The notes under the pieces were generated by a model, which ran no database searches, was not told where the DNA came from, and saw only the letters and a list, made by a program, of their open reading frames with translations. The position numbers were made by a program, and so were the translations under genes. A DNA stretch of 64,000 nucleotides from Eledone cirrhosa (lineage: Eukaryota): positions 328,724,001 through 328,788,000 of the forward strand of contig OZ024740.1 in the NCBI GenBank assembly GCA_964016885.1. The letters run 5' to 3'. Positions 30,757 to 46,620 of the stretch are shown one piece after another (the stretch's first letter is position 1; every line of letters starts with the position of its first letter).

Positions 30757-32896
30757 ATGTCAGTGTGTGAGTGTGTGTGTGTGTGAGTGGGTGTGTGTGT
30801 ATGTGTATATAAAGCATTGATTAGTTCATTGTCACGACAATCTGAACCCTTAAGTCAGAATAGTTTTCAACTAATACAATACTAAAATATGTATGCACAC
30901 ACACACACATAAACACACACATATGCGCGCGAGCATGTATATATGTATGTATGCATGGTGTGTACTTGTGTGTTTGTGATGTGTGACATAGTGATAGAGA
31001 AATAGTGGCGTGACTATTTCATATGACTCTCTAAACTCATGATTGAGCTTTAGATGTTGAAGAATAAAAATAAAATATTTAAGCAAAAGACAATGAAGTT
31101 GCCTTTAGAAGAATTTCTTGCAAACATCAAAGATTCACCATGTGTGTCCTTTATAGAAAATTCTGTTCTTCGCCAGGTTTTGTTACCTGGCAATTTTAGA
31201 CACAGTGTTATTAAAATTTTACAATGGTTACAGTTTTCATTGCATGCGATGAATGAGGAGGTCTGTTGTATATATTTCCGAATACTTCAGGTGAAAACTC
31301 TTCTTTAAATAACAGTTTTATGGTCTGTTTCACGTTACTTAATGGTTGACGCCTGTATCTAGTAAATTAAATATTCTGAAAAATTGCAATAGATTGCCTT
31401 CTAGTATGATAACTAGAGTTCTTTGACCTACACATTTACAAAGTAGGATTACACTTTGTCTCATTTAGAAATACAAATACAATGCCGACTGAAGTTTTCA
31501 TCATAGGAACACAATACCAAATAAAATAAAAACCGAGACTTTTAGAACCTAAGAAGAAAAGAATTTGTATGAATTAGTAAAAAAAAAATATTCAAATTCA
31601 GGGGAGGGGGTGTCTCTATATAGATTAATGGTCTATAAGTTAGTCATTGTGACCTTTGTTCTTACTTAACTCCAAGCTAGCGCTAAATGAGCCGATCTAT
31701 AATGAAAGACATTCGAGTTACGATCACCCTATCTTAATTTTCTCAGGCACATCTTTCTTTCTGTTTTACTTTATCTCATAATACATCAATCAATGTGCCC
31801 CACTCTTCTTTTCAATAAGGTAGCATTTAAGGGAGATTTAGTAGATATTTTTTAGATGTTCTAGCAACCACAGTTTGACTTCCTTGGTTCATTTATAAGT
31901 TGATCAGGAGAAGAGGCGAGGCAATTCCCATGGTCTTTTAAAACGCTACCATACTGTCGGTTTGATGTGAATCATGAACAACTTGAACATTTGGAGGTGA
32001 ACAACAACATGAGTAAGGAAGGAACCAGGCAGCTTGTTCGAATGCTTGCAACAGACTGCCCTCTGGTGAACGTACCCAAGGGTCAGATGATACTGTCGAT
32101 TCCCATGGCACATTCAAAAATCTTGATAATCTGCAGACACTGAGAACATATCACCGTTCCTTTGTCTAAAATGCAAATATTTTAGTTGACCCGGACGAAT
32201 TTGAATATATTTTTACGGACACTGTATAGAGTGGATTTTCTCATTAATTAGAGTATTTCAAGTTAGTATTAAGACCAAAGTCGACCTTGATTGAACATAA
32301 CTATGGTGACCTGTTCTGGCAGAGTCGTTAGAGCGTGGGCAAGTGCTAAGCAGTATTTGTTTCAACTCTTTACATTGTGAGTTCAAATCTCGCCGTGGTC
32401 AAATTTCATCCTTCCTGGGTGGAAAAAATAAAGTACCAGTAAAGAACTGGGCTTGATAAAATAGTCTTTCTCCTCGGCCACAATTGCTGGCCATCTAACT
32501 AAAATAAAAATCATTATTTTACCCAAGTATTATATACGCCATACAATATTATCTTTTAATGTGTAGGGTGAGCGTTGAGGTAAAATTAATTGCAATTTCT
32601 AACAGGTGGAATGATCACATAGAAGCGCCTTTCTTCATTCAATCGTTGTAGACTCGATTCTTTACATTTTTGTTAATATCCTATACGAAATGTAGTCATT
32701 AAATGTTTAGATCAGTAAAGTGACGTAAGCAGCATAATATAAAGATATATGAAACGGTTATTTAACTAGTATGTCTGCACCGTTTATTGAAGAAATCGAT
32801 TAGGAGAACGAAAAGATTATTCTAGAATATTTATATAACTACTTACACAGACAAACACACACGCACTTACAGACACCTAAACACACAAACCAACCA

Positions 32897-32969
<73 letters not shown>

Positions 32970-33008
32970 AGTCTGTGTACATATATATATATTCGAGTGT
33001 GTATATAT

Positions 33009-33079
<71 letters not shown>

Positions 33080-33099
33080 TATATATATGCATATATATA

Positions 33100-33179
<80 letters not shown>

Positions 33180-33353
33180 GAGATTAATATCCCCACAGGT
33201 ACTAAGTACCCCTGGAAATATATAGGGTGTCTATGATACAGTGGTTGTTCTATGGTATGGTATTAATTTGATATACCAGAACTATAAAATTGAGATAAGC
33301 GGAACAAGTAAGATGCAAACAATTATATATATATATATAAATATATATATATA

Positions 33354-33433
<80 letters not shown>

Positions 33434-33473
33434 TATATATGCATATATATATATATATATATATGCATATATA

Positions 33474-33533
<60 letters not shown>

Positions 33534-33554
33534 TATATATATGCATATATATAT

Positions 33555-34757
33555 GCTTAGGAAGGAGAATAGGGCACTGGTCCCATCTGGGAAATGGCCA
33601 TGCTAAGTGTGTAGGAAAGGAGTAGGCAGAAACTCCATTTTATGTCCCAAATGCAAAGTATGGGTGCATAAAAGATGTAGTGGGATCACAGGTAAGCTAA
33701 CTAAGAATATAGATTTTATATGTGGCCGGTGTTCTGGTGCAATAAGTAGCAGCAAATGCCCACAGAATACTAGCTCATTCCATTACACATATGGTTCTAT
33801 AGAAATAGTGGACACCTTCCATTACATGGGTGATAAAATCGGCAGTGGTGGAGGGTGTTCCGAAAGTACTGTAGCTAGTCAGAATGGGATGGAAAAAGTT
33901 CAGAGAGCTTATACCACTATTGGCCGCTAAAGGTTTCTCTCTAAAAATGAAAGGTAGGCTGTATGATGCCTGCACACGAACAGCGATGTTACATGGCAGT
34001 GAGACATGGGCCTTGTGTGGAGAGGAACGAAGCTTGCATGCTCCGTTGGATGTGTAATAGTAATATACTCGAACGGTAAAGCATAAATTACCTAAGTGAG
34101 AAATTAGGAATAAGAGAGATCAGATGCTGCTTACTCGAGAGAAGACTACGTTAGTATGGTCACGTGATGAGCATGAAAGACGACAGCTGTATAAAAAAGT
34201 GCAGGGCGATCAAAATAGACGGTAGCTACGGAGTAGGCAGACCCAGAAAAACCTGGGACGACTTGATAAATTCCGACCTCACACACTTACACCTCTCCAA
34301 GACAATGTAACTGGACCGAGATCTTTGGCTCTACGCAGTAATACAGAAGACTCGCCTTACCTAAGTACAAAGCGAAACCTACAGTCAGTAGGCACCTCTT
34401 AACCAAAATACACCCCCGTCCCACTATCCCTACCCCACGCCATCTACACCACACCTTTCGATTTAAAGCTATGTTGGTACCACAACATGCAGTCCTAAAT
34501 AAATGGTCGTGTAGGTGTCACGACAAAAAAAACACACAGTCCACGCTGTAATGTGGCCGTGTAGGTAACACGGTAAAACCCTCCCAGTCCACACTGTAAA
34601 CGTGGTTGGTGTTAGGAAGGACATCCAGCCGTAGAAAACCCGCCAGACAGTCCTGAGCAAGACAACCAATCTTGCCTCAAATGGGACAGTTCCCGTCCAG
34701 ACCCATGCTAGCGTGGAAGATGGACGTTAAACGATGATGATGATGATGATGATGATG

Positions 34758-34760
<3 letters not shown>
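33555..34760 (+). mobile_element. Decayed RTE-type LINE 3' end with Cys/His finger and (GAT)n tail
   Basis: [49 protein letters not shown], then 3'UTR ending (GAT)n at 34733-34759. Confidence 0.85.
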
Positions 34761-34796
<36 letters not shown>

Positions 34797-34802
34797 TATA
34801 TA

Positions 34803-35066
<264 letters not shown>

Positions 35067-35510
35067 CATACATATATATATGTATGTTTATATCTGTATT
35101 TATCATTGTGGGACCGCTAAAATTAAATACAAGTCAAGTATTAGGGTGGATGTAATCAATTTTCCCCTCCACCGAAATAGCTGGCCCTGTGCCCCAATTA
35201 GAAAGCATTATTTTGACTATATAAGGGCAGTGGATTGGCAGTATCGGTAGATGGTCGGGCGCTATGCTCTGCAGCATAGAATTACGGCCCCTTATGATCT
35301 GAATTCAAATCCGGCCGAAGTTAACTTTGCCTTTCATCCTTACTGGGTGGATAAAATAAAGTACCAGTCACGCACTGGGGTCGATTTAATCGACTTTCTC
35401 CTCCCCCAAATTGGGCCTATATAAGAAACCATTATTTTGACACTAGAAACAATGTTTGAGTCCTTTATTCAGTGCATGTTTAGTGTATTCATTATGCAAA
35501 TTTATAAAAC

Positions 35511-35550
<40 letters not shown>

Positions 35551-35556
<6 letters not shown>

Positions 35557-35740
35557 GTGGTTACACAACAGTTAGTTCACCATACCGAGAACAATTGTTT
35601 CACCTTAGCGGATCCTCAGCTCGTAAGGTGAAACAATTGTTCTTGGTATGGTGAACTAACTGTTGTGCAACCACTTCTACCTAACTCGTCCCATGGACTG
35701 AGTGCTCTACCACTACGGATATTACCTTCCAGTGTTCTAC

Positions 35741-35743
<3 letters not shown>
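35551..35743 (+). mobile_element. TA-embedded palindromic element with HHR (family D)
   Basis: Arms 35552-35679 plus tail. A non-folded homologue starts at 57263. Confidence 0.8.
35586..35623 (-). ncRNA. Minimal hammerhead ribozyme
   Basis: CGAG-CTGAGGA-TCCgctaaGGT-GAAAC-AATT-GTT/CTCG. Confidence 0.78.
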
Positions 35744-35806
<63 letters not shown>

Positions 35807-38609
35807 ATGTGATATGTGTTACGTGAGTCCAGGCTCTCCTGATGAAACCAGTTCTAGTCCTGTAGAAGGAATTTCTATATTAATTTTGTTATATATATAT
35901 ATATATATATACAAAACAACCCTTGTACAAATATCTGACTTGATTGAAATTGAAAACTCACAGTAAATAGATGGTGACAATACGTGTATAAGAGTGAGTG
36001 TGGGTATCTAAACTCATATGTGTTTCTAAATGTGTATATATATTTGTATCTATACTAACATAAGTAAGCGGACTTTTCATATTTACTCGCGCACATAGGC
36101 AAATATAGCATTTTGTGTAAATACGTTAAAGCAATAACTTTAGAACCACTTAGTGCCACCGAGGTTATGCTAATTTAGACAGACAATCTTATCAGAATAT
36201 AGAAAGCCGAAAGCTATTATAACTTTGTGCAAGTACAGCTACTCAGTTTGAAAACTGATAACCACTAAAGATATCTAGAATGAGAAGATTTCCCCCGAAT
36301 ATCTAATATATTTCTTACAAAAGTAGAAATGTATTTTGATAGGGGAAGATCGTGTAATATAATATAGGCAACTGATAAATGTAAAGCCGTTAAACATACA
36401 GGTAAGTGTGTACAGTGCCTGCTAATATCCCTGCTGTGAGAATATTTTCAGGGGAAGTATATATCAATTTACACTCAGCTGACGGAATTCTATAAGATAA
36501 AGTTTACACTCCAATTTTACAAATGCTATTTATCACGAATCCCTTTCTTCCAACTCTAACTGAAAGTATTAACAGTAGCCAAAGTTGTTGAAATGTTTAC
36601 GATATTGTTAACTAACCAGCAAGGTGAAAAAGCAACACTGTTGACACATATCTTATTTACTTTAAAAAAATAGCTAAAGAGGTAAATTACTTAGTCAGAT
36701 ATGTCATATCTTAAACTATTATCCATAGTGATATATTTTTATATATACTAATTGTTCCAGCTAGCACGTAAACCACCCTGTAGTAGTTAGGTGCTGTTCT
36801 TCTTTAGTGTAAGCTATATATGATCAAGCAGACATATGGTCATTCATAGTATATATAAATCTAGGACTACATTATATAATGTGTCCTTATTTTAAGACAT
36901 TAAGGTGTGATTTGAAGAAGATTCTGATGTTACTTCCAGCAGCTCACACGACCACATATATGGTCCTTCATTAACTCAACTGAAAGTTAGTTACAATTTG
37001 AAGCGGTGACGTCGTAAAACATCAAGGTGCGTGATTACCTCGTAATGATGAGTTCGAGTTTTTCTATGGGACTGGACCTTAACAAAATTGCTATGGAACG
37101 ACAGGGATGTAGTTTTAGTTGCCCAAGTAGATCTCGATTGAGCAAATATATAATCAACTAATTTTGTATATATAAAACTACATTGTTTAATGGGTACTCT
37201 ATTTTTAAAGGTGTAATTTGATAGGGATTTGACTGCTATTTCCAGTAAGGCCACATAAGGGCTATCATAGCTTCTTTAACAGGTCTTCTACAGACATGGA
37301 GCAATATTTGAAACTACAGTTTAATTTCTTTTGTTACCAAAATGTGGTTAAGTAGTTCACTTAACAACAACATGGTTTTGCGTCAAGTCCCCCAGCTTGC
37401 TACATTGGGCAATGTTTTCTTCTATAGCCTTCCTCGGTTTGACGCGTGCGTATGTGGTTCAGTCAGTTTATGTTTACTCTTTATTTATCACTCACAACTT
37501 AGTGGTTCAATAAAACAAAATCGAGAAAATAAATATCAGACTTGAAAAATAGTACACCGGTCGATAAGATCCACTCAATTGCTTCTGAAGATTGCCCCAG
37601 CATGGCCGCATTCAAATGACTGAAACAAGTAATAGAATAGAAATACGTTCTTTTGCTACGAAAGCTAAAAACAAATACATAATAGGTGGTACAAATTACT
37701 AATACAACATCTTTTCTCTTCTCCTTCCTCATTTGCATTATACACTCAAATTTTAATTTTATCTCGCGAAATCTGGCATGGTGACAAAGGATTCAGATCG
37801 TAGTTGGAATAATTCCTTATCTTATTATTATATCGAACACCAAGAGGACGGTGAGTTAGTAAACACTAAGTACACTGGACTGAAATTATAAAGCTATTTA
37901 GTTAACATTCACAGAGTTCAAAATTTCATAGTTGAGGTGGGGGATACTTGATTTCATATATTCGAGATCAATGAAATAGGGATCAACAATGCTTTGAGAG
38001 TCCAGTCAAACGATTGCAATCCATCTTATCACCGAGGATTGACATTGTATCTAATCTTAAGAACTCATTCTCATCCGAATTAAATGAGATTAATCTCAAG
38101 AAATGAAATTTCATTGAAATGATGACATTGTAACCTTTGTCGAATTTAAATAGATACTTTCACAATGGAATGCGTTGTAACCACTGTAATGAAATAAACA
38201 TTATGACTGAATGTGAGAGCTAAAACCGCATAATATGCAATTGAATGCATCAGTCTCATACCAGACTTACATGTAAGGAACAAATGCTTACCTAAAAGTG
38301 GACTTGGATAGAAATATACAGATATGTTACTGTATAAATGTTGGCTGTTTACATTTGAGCAAAGTGAAGTGTAGGGATACAAATGTTGTATGACCGAATA
38401 TATAAATATGATCACCCAATGGATTTGCAGAGTGTCCTCCGTCATATCATACCCGTTTTGTTTGTTAAAATGCAAACATATATTGCCTGATTACCTGACA
38501 TCTCATTTTTCTTTGTAATTTACCGTGGGTTTAATAAAGTTTAGAGTTAAGACAGATCTTATCTTGTCATATTGGTTTTATCCTTGATGTTGCCTACGAA
38601 GCTCTTGAG

Positions 38610-38985
38610 GTAAATCAGGTAATATGTGGGCAAACTACGAAGACCTGCTGGCTATTTTAAGGAAAAAGAAAATGAGGTGTTACGGTCATATGATAAGATC
38701 TGATTCATTGACCAAGACCATATTCCGACAACATTTCAGTTTAAAAGAAGGCAAAAATGACAGCAGAAAAAATCCCGATAATAATTGTTTCTACTATTGG
38801 CACAAGGCCAGCAATTACCCAGTACATTACTGGTACTTTATTTTATCGACCCCGTAAGGATGAAAAGCAAAATTAACCTTGATAATGATAATACCTTCGC
38901 GACAACCAAAGTCTTGAACCATGACGAAGATGGATGGCGAGGGCTGGTAAACTGCTCCCACATTCCCGTATCGCCCCTATAAATC
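38610..38985 (+). mobile_element. RTE LINE remnant interrupted by a SINE (38780-38880, -)
   Basis: LLAILRKKKMRCYGHMIR..LTKTI and D..GWRGL. Confidence 0.6.
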
Positions 38986-39580
38986 TCTGGCGAGTCAGGG
39001 GAAAAGTAAAGTGAAGTGAAACATATTTGTCATTTAAAAGTAAGTTAAGTGTTAATTAGATAAATTTGAATATGATTTAACAAATTCTAGTGAAAACGCC
39101 AACAGCCAAACTCCATTAGAAATGACAGAAGAAGAAACAGAAGGATGGAAAATTTCTTTAATAACACCTTTACTGACAAATAACAATAGTCTATAAGAAT
39201 ATAAGCAACTTGGATGAATGTTCTGAAAAAAGAAAAACGACTTAAAGAAAATTTGTGGATTGTCGAGACTAAATCAAAATTAAATCTATATAAACAAAAT
39301 TATGATAGAATAAATCTCAAAATGAAATAGGGTATCATTCTGACACTTTTCTAAGTAAACCTTTTTTAACTAGACTGAATCATTCTTACACCTAATTCTC
39401 AAACATTTCTTTATTTACGTTTCGTGCTGTACTGCCAAGTACACTATCCAAGTAGCACATCACTTGTTATTTTATGAGAATAGGTTGCTAGAACCCTAGT
39501 GAGCAACTATTCATTGCTGGAGAAATGAATGCAGTGAATGGTCTTCTATAACCCTTCATATAGCGTAACATAGCTGATTC

Positions 39581-39721
<141 letters not shown>

Positions 39722-39807
39722 AACAACAAGAGAAAGAGAGAAATGATCGATATTCAATCTTTGACTGGCAAGTTATATATTGACTTCATTATTATTAGTT
39801 CGTAATG

Positions 39808-39993
39808 GGCGGTGGATTGGCAGTATCGGTAGAGGGTCGGACGCCATGCTTTGACGCATAGAGTTACGGCCCTTGCCATTCTGAGTTCAAATCCCACCGA
39901 GGTTAACTTTGCCTTTCATCCTTACGGGGTCGATAAAATAAAGTACCAGTAATGTACTGAGTAATTTCTGGCCTTGTACCAATAGTAGAAACA
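39808..39993 (+). mobile_element. Same SINE family, full length, 20-bp TSD
   Basis: TSD ATTATTATTAGTTCGTAATG at 39788-39807 and 39994-40013. Confidence 0.88.
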
Positions 39994-40103
39994 ATTATTA
40001 TTAGTTCGTAATGTTTTCCGCAAGAATATGGTTGCTGAGAATTTAGTTATCATAATATGATGACTGAATCGGTCATCTTAGGTAGCTGCGAGAATAGATA
40101 TAA

Positions 40104-40258
40104 TTGTTTCTACTTTTGGCACAAGGCCAGCAATTACCCAGTGTATTACTGGTACTTTATTTTATCGACCCCGTAAGGATGAAAGGCAAAGTTAACCTCG
40201 GCAGGATTTGAACTCAGACCGTAAAGGGAGTAACTATGCTCGAAAGATGGCGTCCGAT
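40104..40258 (-). mobile_element. Same SINE family, 5'-truncated
   Basis: TSD GCTGCGAGAATAGATATAA. Confidence 0.85.
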
Positions 40259-41870
40259 GGCTGCGAGAATAGATATAATAAGATTTAATAGGCAAGGCAT
40301 TAATATATACGGAATCAGTCATGTGATGGATGGAACCAGCTATGAAATATTTTATAAAAATGGCGATTACCCAGAAACTGCTAGAAAAAGTGACTGTGTT
40401 GTAGATGTCAGTAACGAGACAGTAAACTAAACCCGGAAATTTCAGATATGTGTAATACTTTCTAGAAAAATATTACACGCTAATGATTAGTCATACAGTA
40501 GAGAGGTCTAGTAACTATTTTCGATTTATTGGTCCATACTCATTGATACCCATTTCCACTTAGGATATAATGGGGTCTGAGTACAACACTGATGTCTATA
40601 GAGTGTAGTGGAAATTGGTATGGTGCACTTGTACTCTGGACTATGTATAATTTTGAAACACCTGCACGGATAACTGTAATGTAAACAATCTATGAACAGT
40701 TACAACAAGTCTGGTACTACATTTTGTTAATGTCAACAATGTTTTATAAATTAGATATATTTACAAAGTAGATATGCTAATAAATCACCAAAACCTAATT
40801 TTCCAAACATATATTTTTAATTAAAGAGACCATATCGGGGGTTTCGTATCAGCTGTAGCGTTTAATGAGGCAGCAAACACTGTGGTTTCAATTAGTTATA
40901 TTTTAATTCACCACCTGACGTACTTTAATTAACTAAAGTGGAATATATCTCAGATTTTACTCTGATGTTTGCTTCCCAGCTTGATCGTATTGATTTGCAT
41001 ACACAAAAACACACACACATGCTTACATAAACACATATACATAAACACACACACCAACTTACTTTTTCGCACGCAAACATGCTCTCTCTCTCTCTCATTT
41101 TCTGTCTCACCGTTCTAGACCTGTAGAAGACAATCACTTGTCTCTATGTCTATGTTGTGTATTCTGATATCGAGTTTTCCGATGGCTTATACTGAGTCAT
41201 CGTGCAAATTAGGCACAGTAATATATAATTCCACGCTTATACACGAAACTACGTTCCCTACTATGTGGCTTATGGGGCCGATAAATGTCTTTGCCCATTT
41301 GTATCACGAGTATCGAGTGCGTTTTTGCTATATATTACTACTGTAACGACACGAGGTACTTCTTTGATTTACTAACAGCTTACGTACCAGTGCGACTACA
41401 GACACACGCACACGCCCTTTCACTCTCTAATTTTTAAAAGAAAATCTATTTATATTTCTCACCCTTCGGCATCAGCATTTTAACAACTTATCTGCAGCGT
41501 ATCCCACCCTGATTCAGTCAAGAGACTTGTTATTATTCCTTGTTTATGTATTCGGTTGCTGTTCTAGTTGTTTTATGTTTTTGTGATATGCATCTTTCCG
41601 GCGGCTTGTTCCAAGACTACATTCAGCCTGAGCTCAGCATTATGCAAAACATCTCTTATGCATGAAATTGCATTAATCTGGGGGTGAGGAAAAGAAATTT
41701 TGTTCATTTGTCCACTTTTTTACGTTTTATATCGTGTGCAATTTTGTTACAAACAGTTCTCCTAGAGATGGCGGCATGAATGGACCTGTTATTTTTCTCT
41801 TAACTTTTTTTTTCGTCCACCTCTGCCCATCTCCTCAATCTTTCTATTTCTTCTTTAATTTCACATTCTA

Positions 41871-41906
41871 TTTTCTTATGAAGGACTAACCTCCGAAACG
41901 TTAAAA
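41871..41906 (+). ncRNA. Degenerate hammerhead, paralogue of 27371
   Basis: TTTT-CTTATGA-AGGA..TCC-GAAACGTT-AAAA. Shares downstream TGTTATTTCTGTTTACCT. Confidence 0.6.
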
Positions 41907-41975
41907 CTAATAATATATTTCTTCCAAGTACTGTGACGTTTGGTCTGTTATTTCTGTTTACCTATAGCTTATATG

Positions 41976-42056
<81 letters not shown>

Positions 42057-42066
<10 letters not shown>

Positions 42067-42210
42067 CGTAAAATAAGAAAATTATAAAATTAACTTACTT
42101 ACTAAAATTTTAGTAAGTAAGTTAATTTTATAATTTTCTTATTTTACGTCTCTCATATTATTGTTCTGCAACCCCATGCATTGAACCGCAAAGTTACTAA
42201 GACAAAACCT
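42057..42210 (+). repeat. Perfect 51-bp-arm palindrome abutting (TA)n, plus tail
   Basis: 42057-42158 is a perfect inverted repeat centred at 42107/42108. Confidence 0.85.
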
Positions 42211-42265
42211 ATATATTTGCTAGCATAAGTATGCATCTATGTATATATATGTTACTAGATATACT

Positions 42266-42373
<108 letters not shown>

Positions 42374-42722
42374 GATTCTCATGCCGTTGGGCATACTATT
42401 CATACTAGCCCAAGTATTGATTACTTAACTGAATATGGTGTTAGTAATATAACTAGTAACTCCTAATCTCTCTCTATATTTATTGCTCTTCACTAGAGAT
42501 GTAATTTATATTGTATAACTTGATCACTAGATTAACTATACTAACACCTACATAGCAATTCTTTTTTCACGCAGACAGAATCCGTGCGTAATGTTCTTTA
42601 TATAGACCCATTTGTCTAATAGAAATAAAAATTAAATAATACACACTTTTATACAAATATTTGCACATAACCATAAGATATTTTACACATATATACATAT
42701 ACTTATATTTACTCACATACAA

Positions 42723-42850
<128 letters not shown>

Positions 42851-43116
42851 TATCCGAGACTCTCAGCAGACAACTGATGAGGAAAACCTCTCCCGTTCTT
42901 GCTTTCTTCTTATTTTTAAGCCTACTTTATCTACCAACTACACAACCACTTCTCCTCTTCTTATATATATATATATAAATAACAACTAGAAATTGTTATA
43001 AAATGCTCGGACCTATTCATTAGAATCTTGGAGCTTATTTTGCGGGTGATATGGTGCATGCCTTTCTGGCATGACACCCATAATTTTGATTTAGATTAAA
43101 TTCATTTTGATTTATC

Positions 43117-43284
<168 letters not shown>

Positions 43285-43309
43285 TTATTAAAATAACATT
43301 TATTATTAT

Positions 43310-43371
<62 letters not shown>

Positions 43372-43476
43372 ATGTATAAATATATGGGTGTATATATGTA
43401 TATATATGTGTGTATATATGAATAAAGATACTGTATATCATTAGATACACAAACATACACATACTTATATATCATA

Positions 43477-45480
43477 CAGGGAATTCTGCGAAGGTGGCGA
43501 GAGCACTTTGATGAACTTTTGAATCAGCCGTCTGTCGTCAATGAAGATTTCCTCAATCTAATCCCTGAAAAACCTGTGAAAGTAGCTCTCGCAGAACCGC
43601 CGACGTTAGAAGAAGTTGCAATTGCTGTCTCGAAGCTGAACAGTGGAAGGTCTCCAGGTATTGATGCTAAACATGCAGAGCTCTTACACTATGGTGGTGA
43701 GAAACTTCTGCGACATCTTCACTCTCTATTTGGCAGGATATGGGCTAGCGAATCCGAACCTGAGGATTGGATGGATGCAGTAATGGTAGTTTTGTACAAA
43801 CGAAAGGGTAACAATAATGATTGGAAACTAGAGGGGTATATCATTGTATTCTGTCGTAGGAAAACATTTATGATGGGTGCTTCTGGACCGTCTGCTTATA
43901 GACATTGCAGATTGTGTTCTTCCTAAAAGTAAATCTGGTTTTCGTGCTGGATGCGACACTACTGATATGATCTTCGGAGCTAGACTGGTCTTTGGCGCGA
44001 TTTGACAAAAGCTTTCGATACTGTTAACAGAAATGCATCGTGGAAGGTTCTTCAGAAACTTGGTTGCTTGATAAGTTCCTTGCTTTGTTTAGGTATTTCC
44101 ATGATGGCATGAAGGCTTGGGTTAATGTCAGAGGTAACATGTCAGAGCCTATCTCAGTGAAAAATGGAGTGAAACAGCACCGACCCTATTTGGCATATAC
44201 TTTGCGATGTTTTTCTATATTGCATTCAGGAATTGTAAGCATGGTGCTTACATCTACTATCGAACCTCTGGCAGCATATTTAACATCAGGCGCTTTGCTA
44301 CAAAAACAAAAGTGTTTGCCTCTATCATAAGAGACCTTGATTGCGATCTTATAGAGCACACAGAGATTGATATGCAGCACATTTTGAATGCATTTTCTGA
44401 TACTTGTACTGACCTAGGAATGACTGTCAGTCTCAAGAAAACCGTTGTCATGTACCAACCTGTATGGTAAACGACTTGGAGTGGTTGATCAATTTGTCTA
44501 CCTGGGAAGCGTTATCAATCGATACAGCAATCTTGATAAGGAAATTGCACACATGATTAGGAAAGTAAGTGATGCTTTCGGAAAGCTAGAAAGGCGCCTC
44601 TGGGATCGGCGAGACATATGCAAGAAGACAAAGCTAAACGTGTACAAGGCATGTATGCTCTCTTCTTTTCTTTATTCCCGAGACCTGTCTGGGTCACATA
44701 TCGACATCACATTAAACAGTTGGAACGTTTCCATCAGCTGTGTCTCAGACGTATCCATAGTGTTCACTGGAAGGACCACATCAGTGATGTCGAGATTTTG
44801 GAAAGCTCTCTGAGTGAAACCATAGAACCTCTTGTGCTTAAGCAAAGACTCCGATGGAGCGGTCACCTTGCCAGGATGAAGGATTCTTGGATATCAAAAC
44901 AACTCTTTTATTGAGTGTTAGTTAAAGGAAAACGACCTCCACATAAAACAAAAAAGCGGCATAAGGATTCGCTGAAAGCCTCATTGAAAGACGCTAACAT
45001 CGTTGCTGATACATGGGAAAGCGTAGCTGCTGATCGTAATAAATAGAAAAAGACTGTACATGACGGAAACGTTGCTTTTGAAACATCTCGAATAGCATAC
45101 GAGAAAGTAAAAAAGGATGTTAGGAAACGCATTGCTGTTACATTTCCAGACAGAAAAGGTCCTCCCATGACGCTGACATGCAGCATCTGTGCAAGACTCT
45201 GCCTCAGCAAAGCTGAACTCAAAAGTCATCTTCGAAGTCATAAAGTGAGACCAGTGGATGACTAGCAGGATGCTGTCGAAGATGTTGCTCATCATACCTG
45301 TCAAGCATGTGGAAACTAGTGTAGGTCATCAGGAGGGCTCAATCGGCATGCAAAATTACATGAAGACCAACCACAGCCGGCTATTGCCAGTGAATGTTTT
45401 TAACATGGTTGCCAACTCTGGGCAAGGCATTTTAGATCATTGGCTGGGCTAAAAATCCACATTCGATCGCAGCAGCGTTA
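43477..45480 (+). mobile_element. Decayed RTE/BovB-like LINE (RT to C-terminal zinc fingers)
   Basis: [48 protein letters not shown]...C.S..L.SH; many frameshifts. Confidence 0.88.
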
Positions 45481-45578
45481 ATTATTAATATATATGTTTT
45501 GTTTTCTTTTTTTTTTATCGTGCTATGGCCATACTCAATAACGAGGGGGTAGCCATTATATATATATGCATATATACA

Positions 45579-45699
<121 letters not shown>

Positions 45700-45773
45700 T
45701 CTCTCTCTCTCGCTCTCACATACAGACACACGCACACTCTCTATCTCTCTCTTTCTCTCTCTCACACACACAA

Positions 45774-45843
<70 letters not shown>

Positions 45844-45929
45844 CACAAATTTGAATAATTTTGAAAACCAAACAATGCATTTGCAATAAAATTAAATCGC
45901 TAAGATAACAAAAGAATCTTACACTAGCA

Positions 45930-46620
45930 AATATAATGATCCCAAATATTTTCAGGTTTAAAAACCCCTTATCAAGGGAGTATCCCCGAGAGACTTAAAA
46001 GATGAATCGGATTGACTTGCTTATTTGGAGAGCAGATTGAAGTTAAATGAAATAAAAAGACGTTAAAATTTCGAACGTACGCGTTGTGAAATGTATGATA
46101 TATACATGTGTGTGCGTGAATGTAAGTGTGCTTAGTGTGATGTTTGTATGTGTGTGCATGAATGTAAGTTTATGTAGTGAAAGGTGTGTGCGAATATGTA
46201 TATAATAAAACAGGAAGAATATGTGTGCGATATATGTATGTGTGTGTGAGTCTAAGTGTGTTTACCTAGTGAGGACATAGATCTAATTTGAAAGAAAGAA
46301 TGTAACTGACCTCTGGGCTGTTGCAACACATACTTTTAAATTAGCCAATTTGGTGCACTTCTTTCCATTCGATTATTGATCCTACGTTTTAATTGCTTGA
46401 TTAAGATGGCTTCTTTAATTCTCAGCGTGCCTACACTACGTTCGGTAGCTACGATTGTGGTGGTATTGTTTCCGCATTTGATGATGTGCTTGTGGAAGGA
46501 AGAGAAGTTGGTGTTAACATGCTTTTTAATACAGAGATGTAACAGTCGAATAGTGCTGCCTATAGATTGCACTTGTTAGATTCTAGCCTGTATACTACGT
46601 AGATATGTAGGCAACAAATA
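45930..46620 (-). mobile_element. Decayed PLE 3' fragment (GIY-YIG C-terminus) with U3-A8 hammerhead at 45940-45978
   Basis: ORF 46336-46572: SSFHKHIIKC..LRIKEAILIKQLK..IN. Downstream motif TCCC-TTGATAA-GGGGTTT..AAACCT-GAAA-ATATTT-GGGA. Confidence 0.65.

Noticed and set aside
42872-42895. CTGATGAGG-AAAA-CC motif
   Set aside because: No downstream GAAA or NUH site
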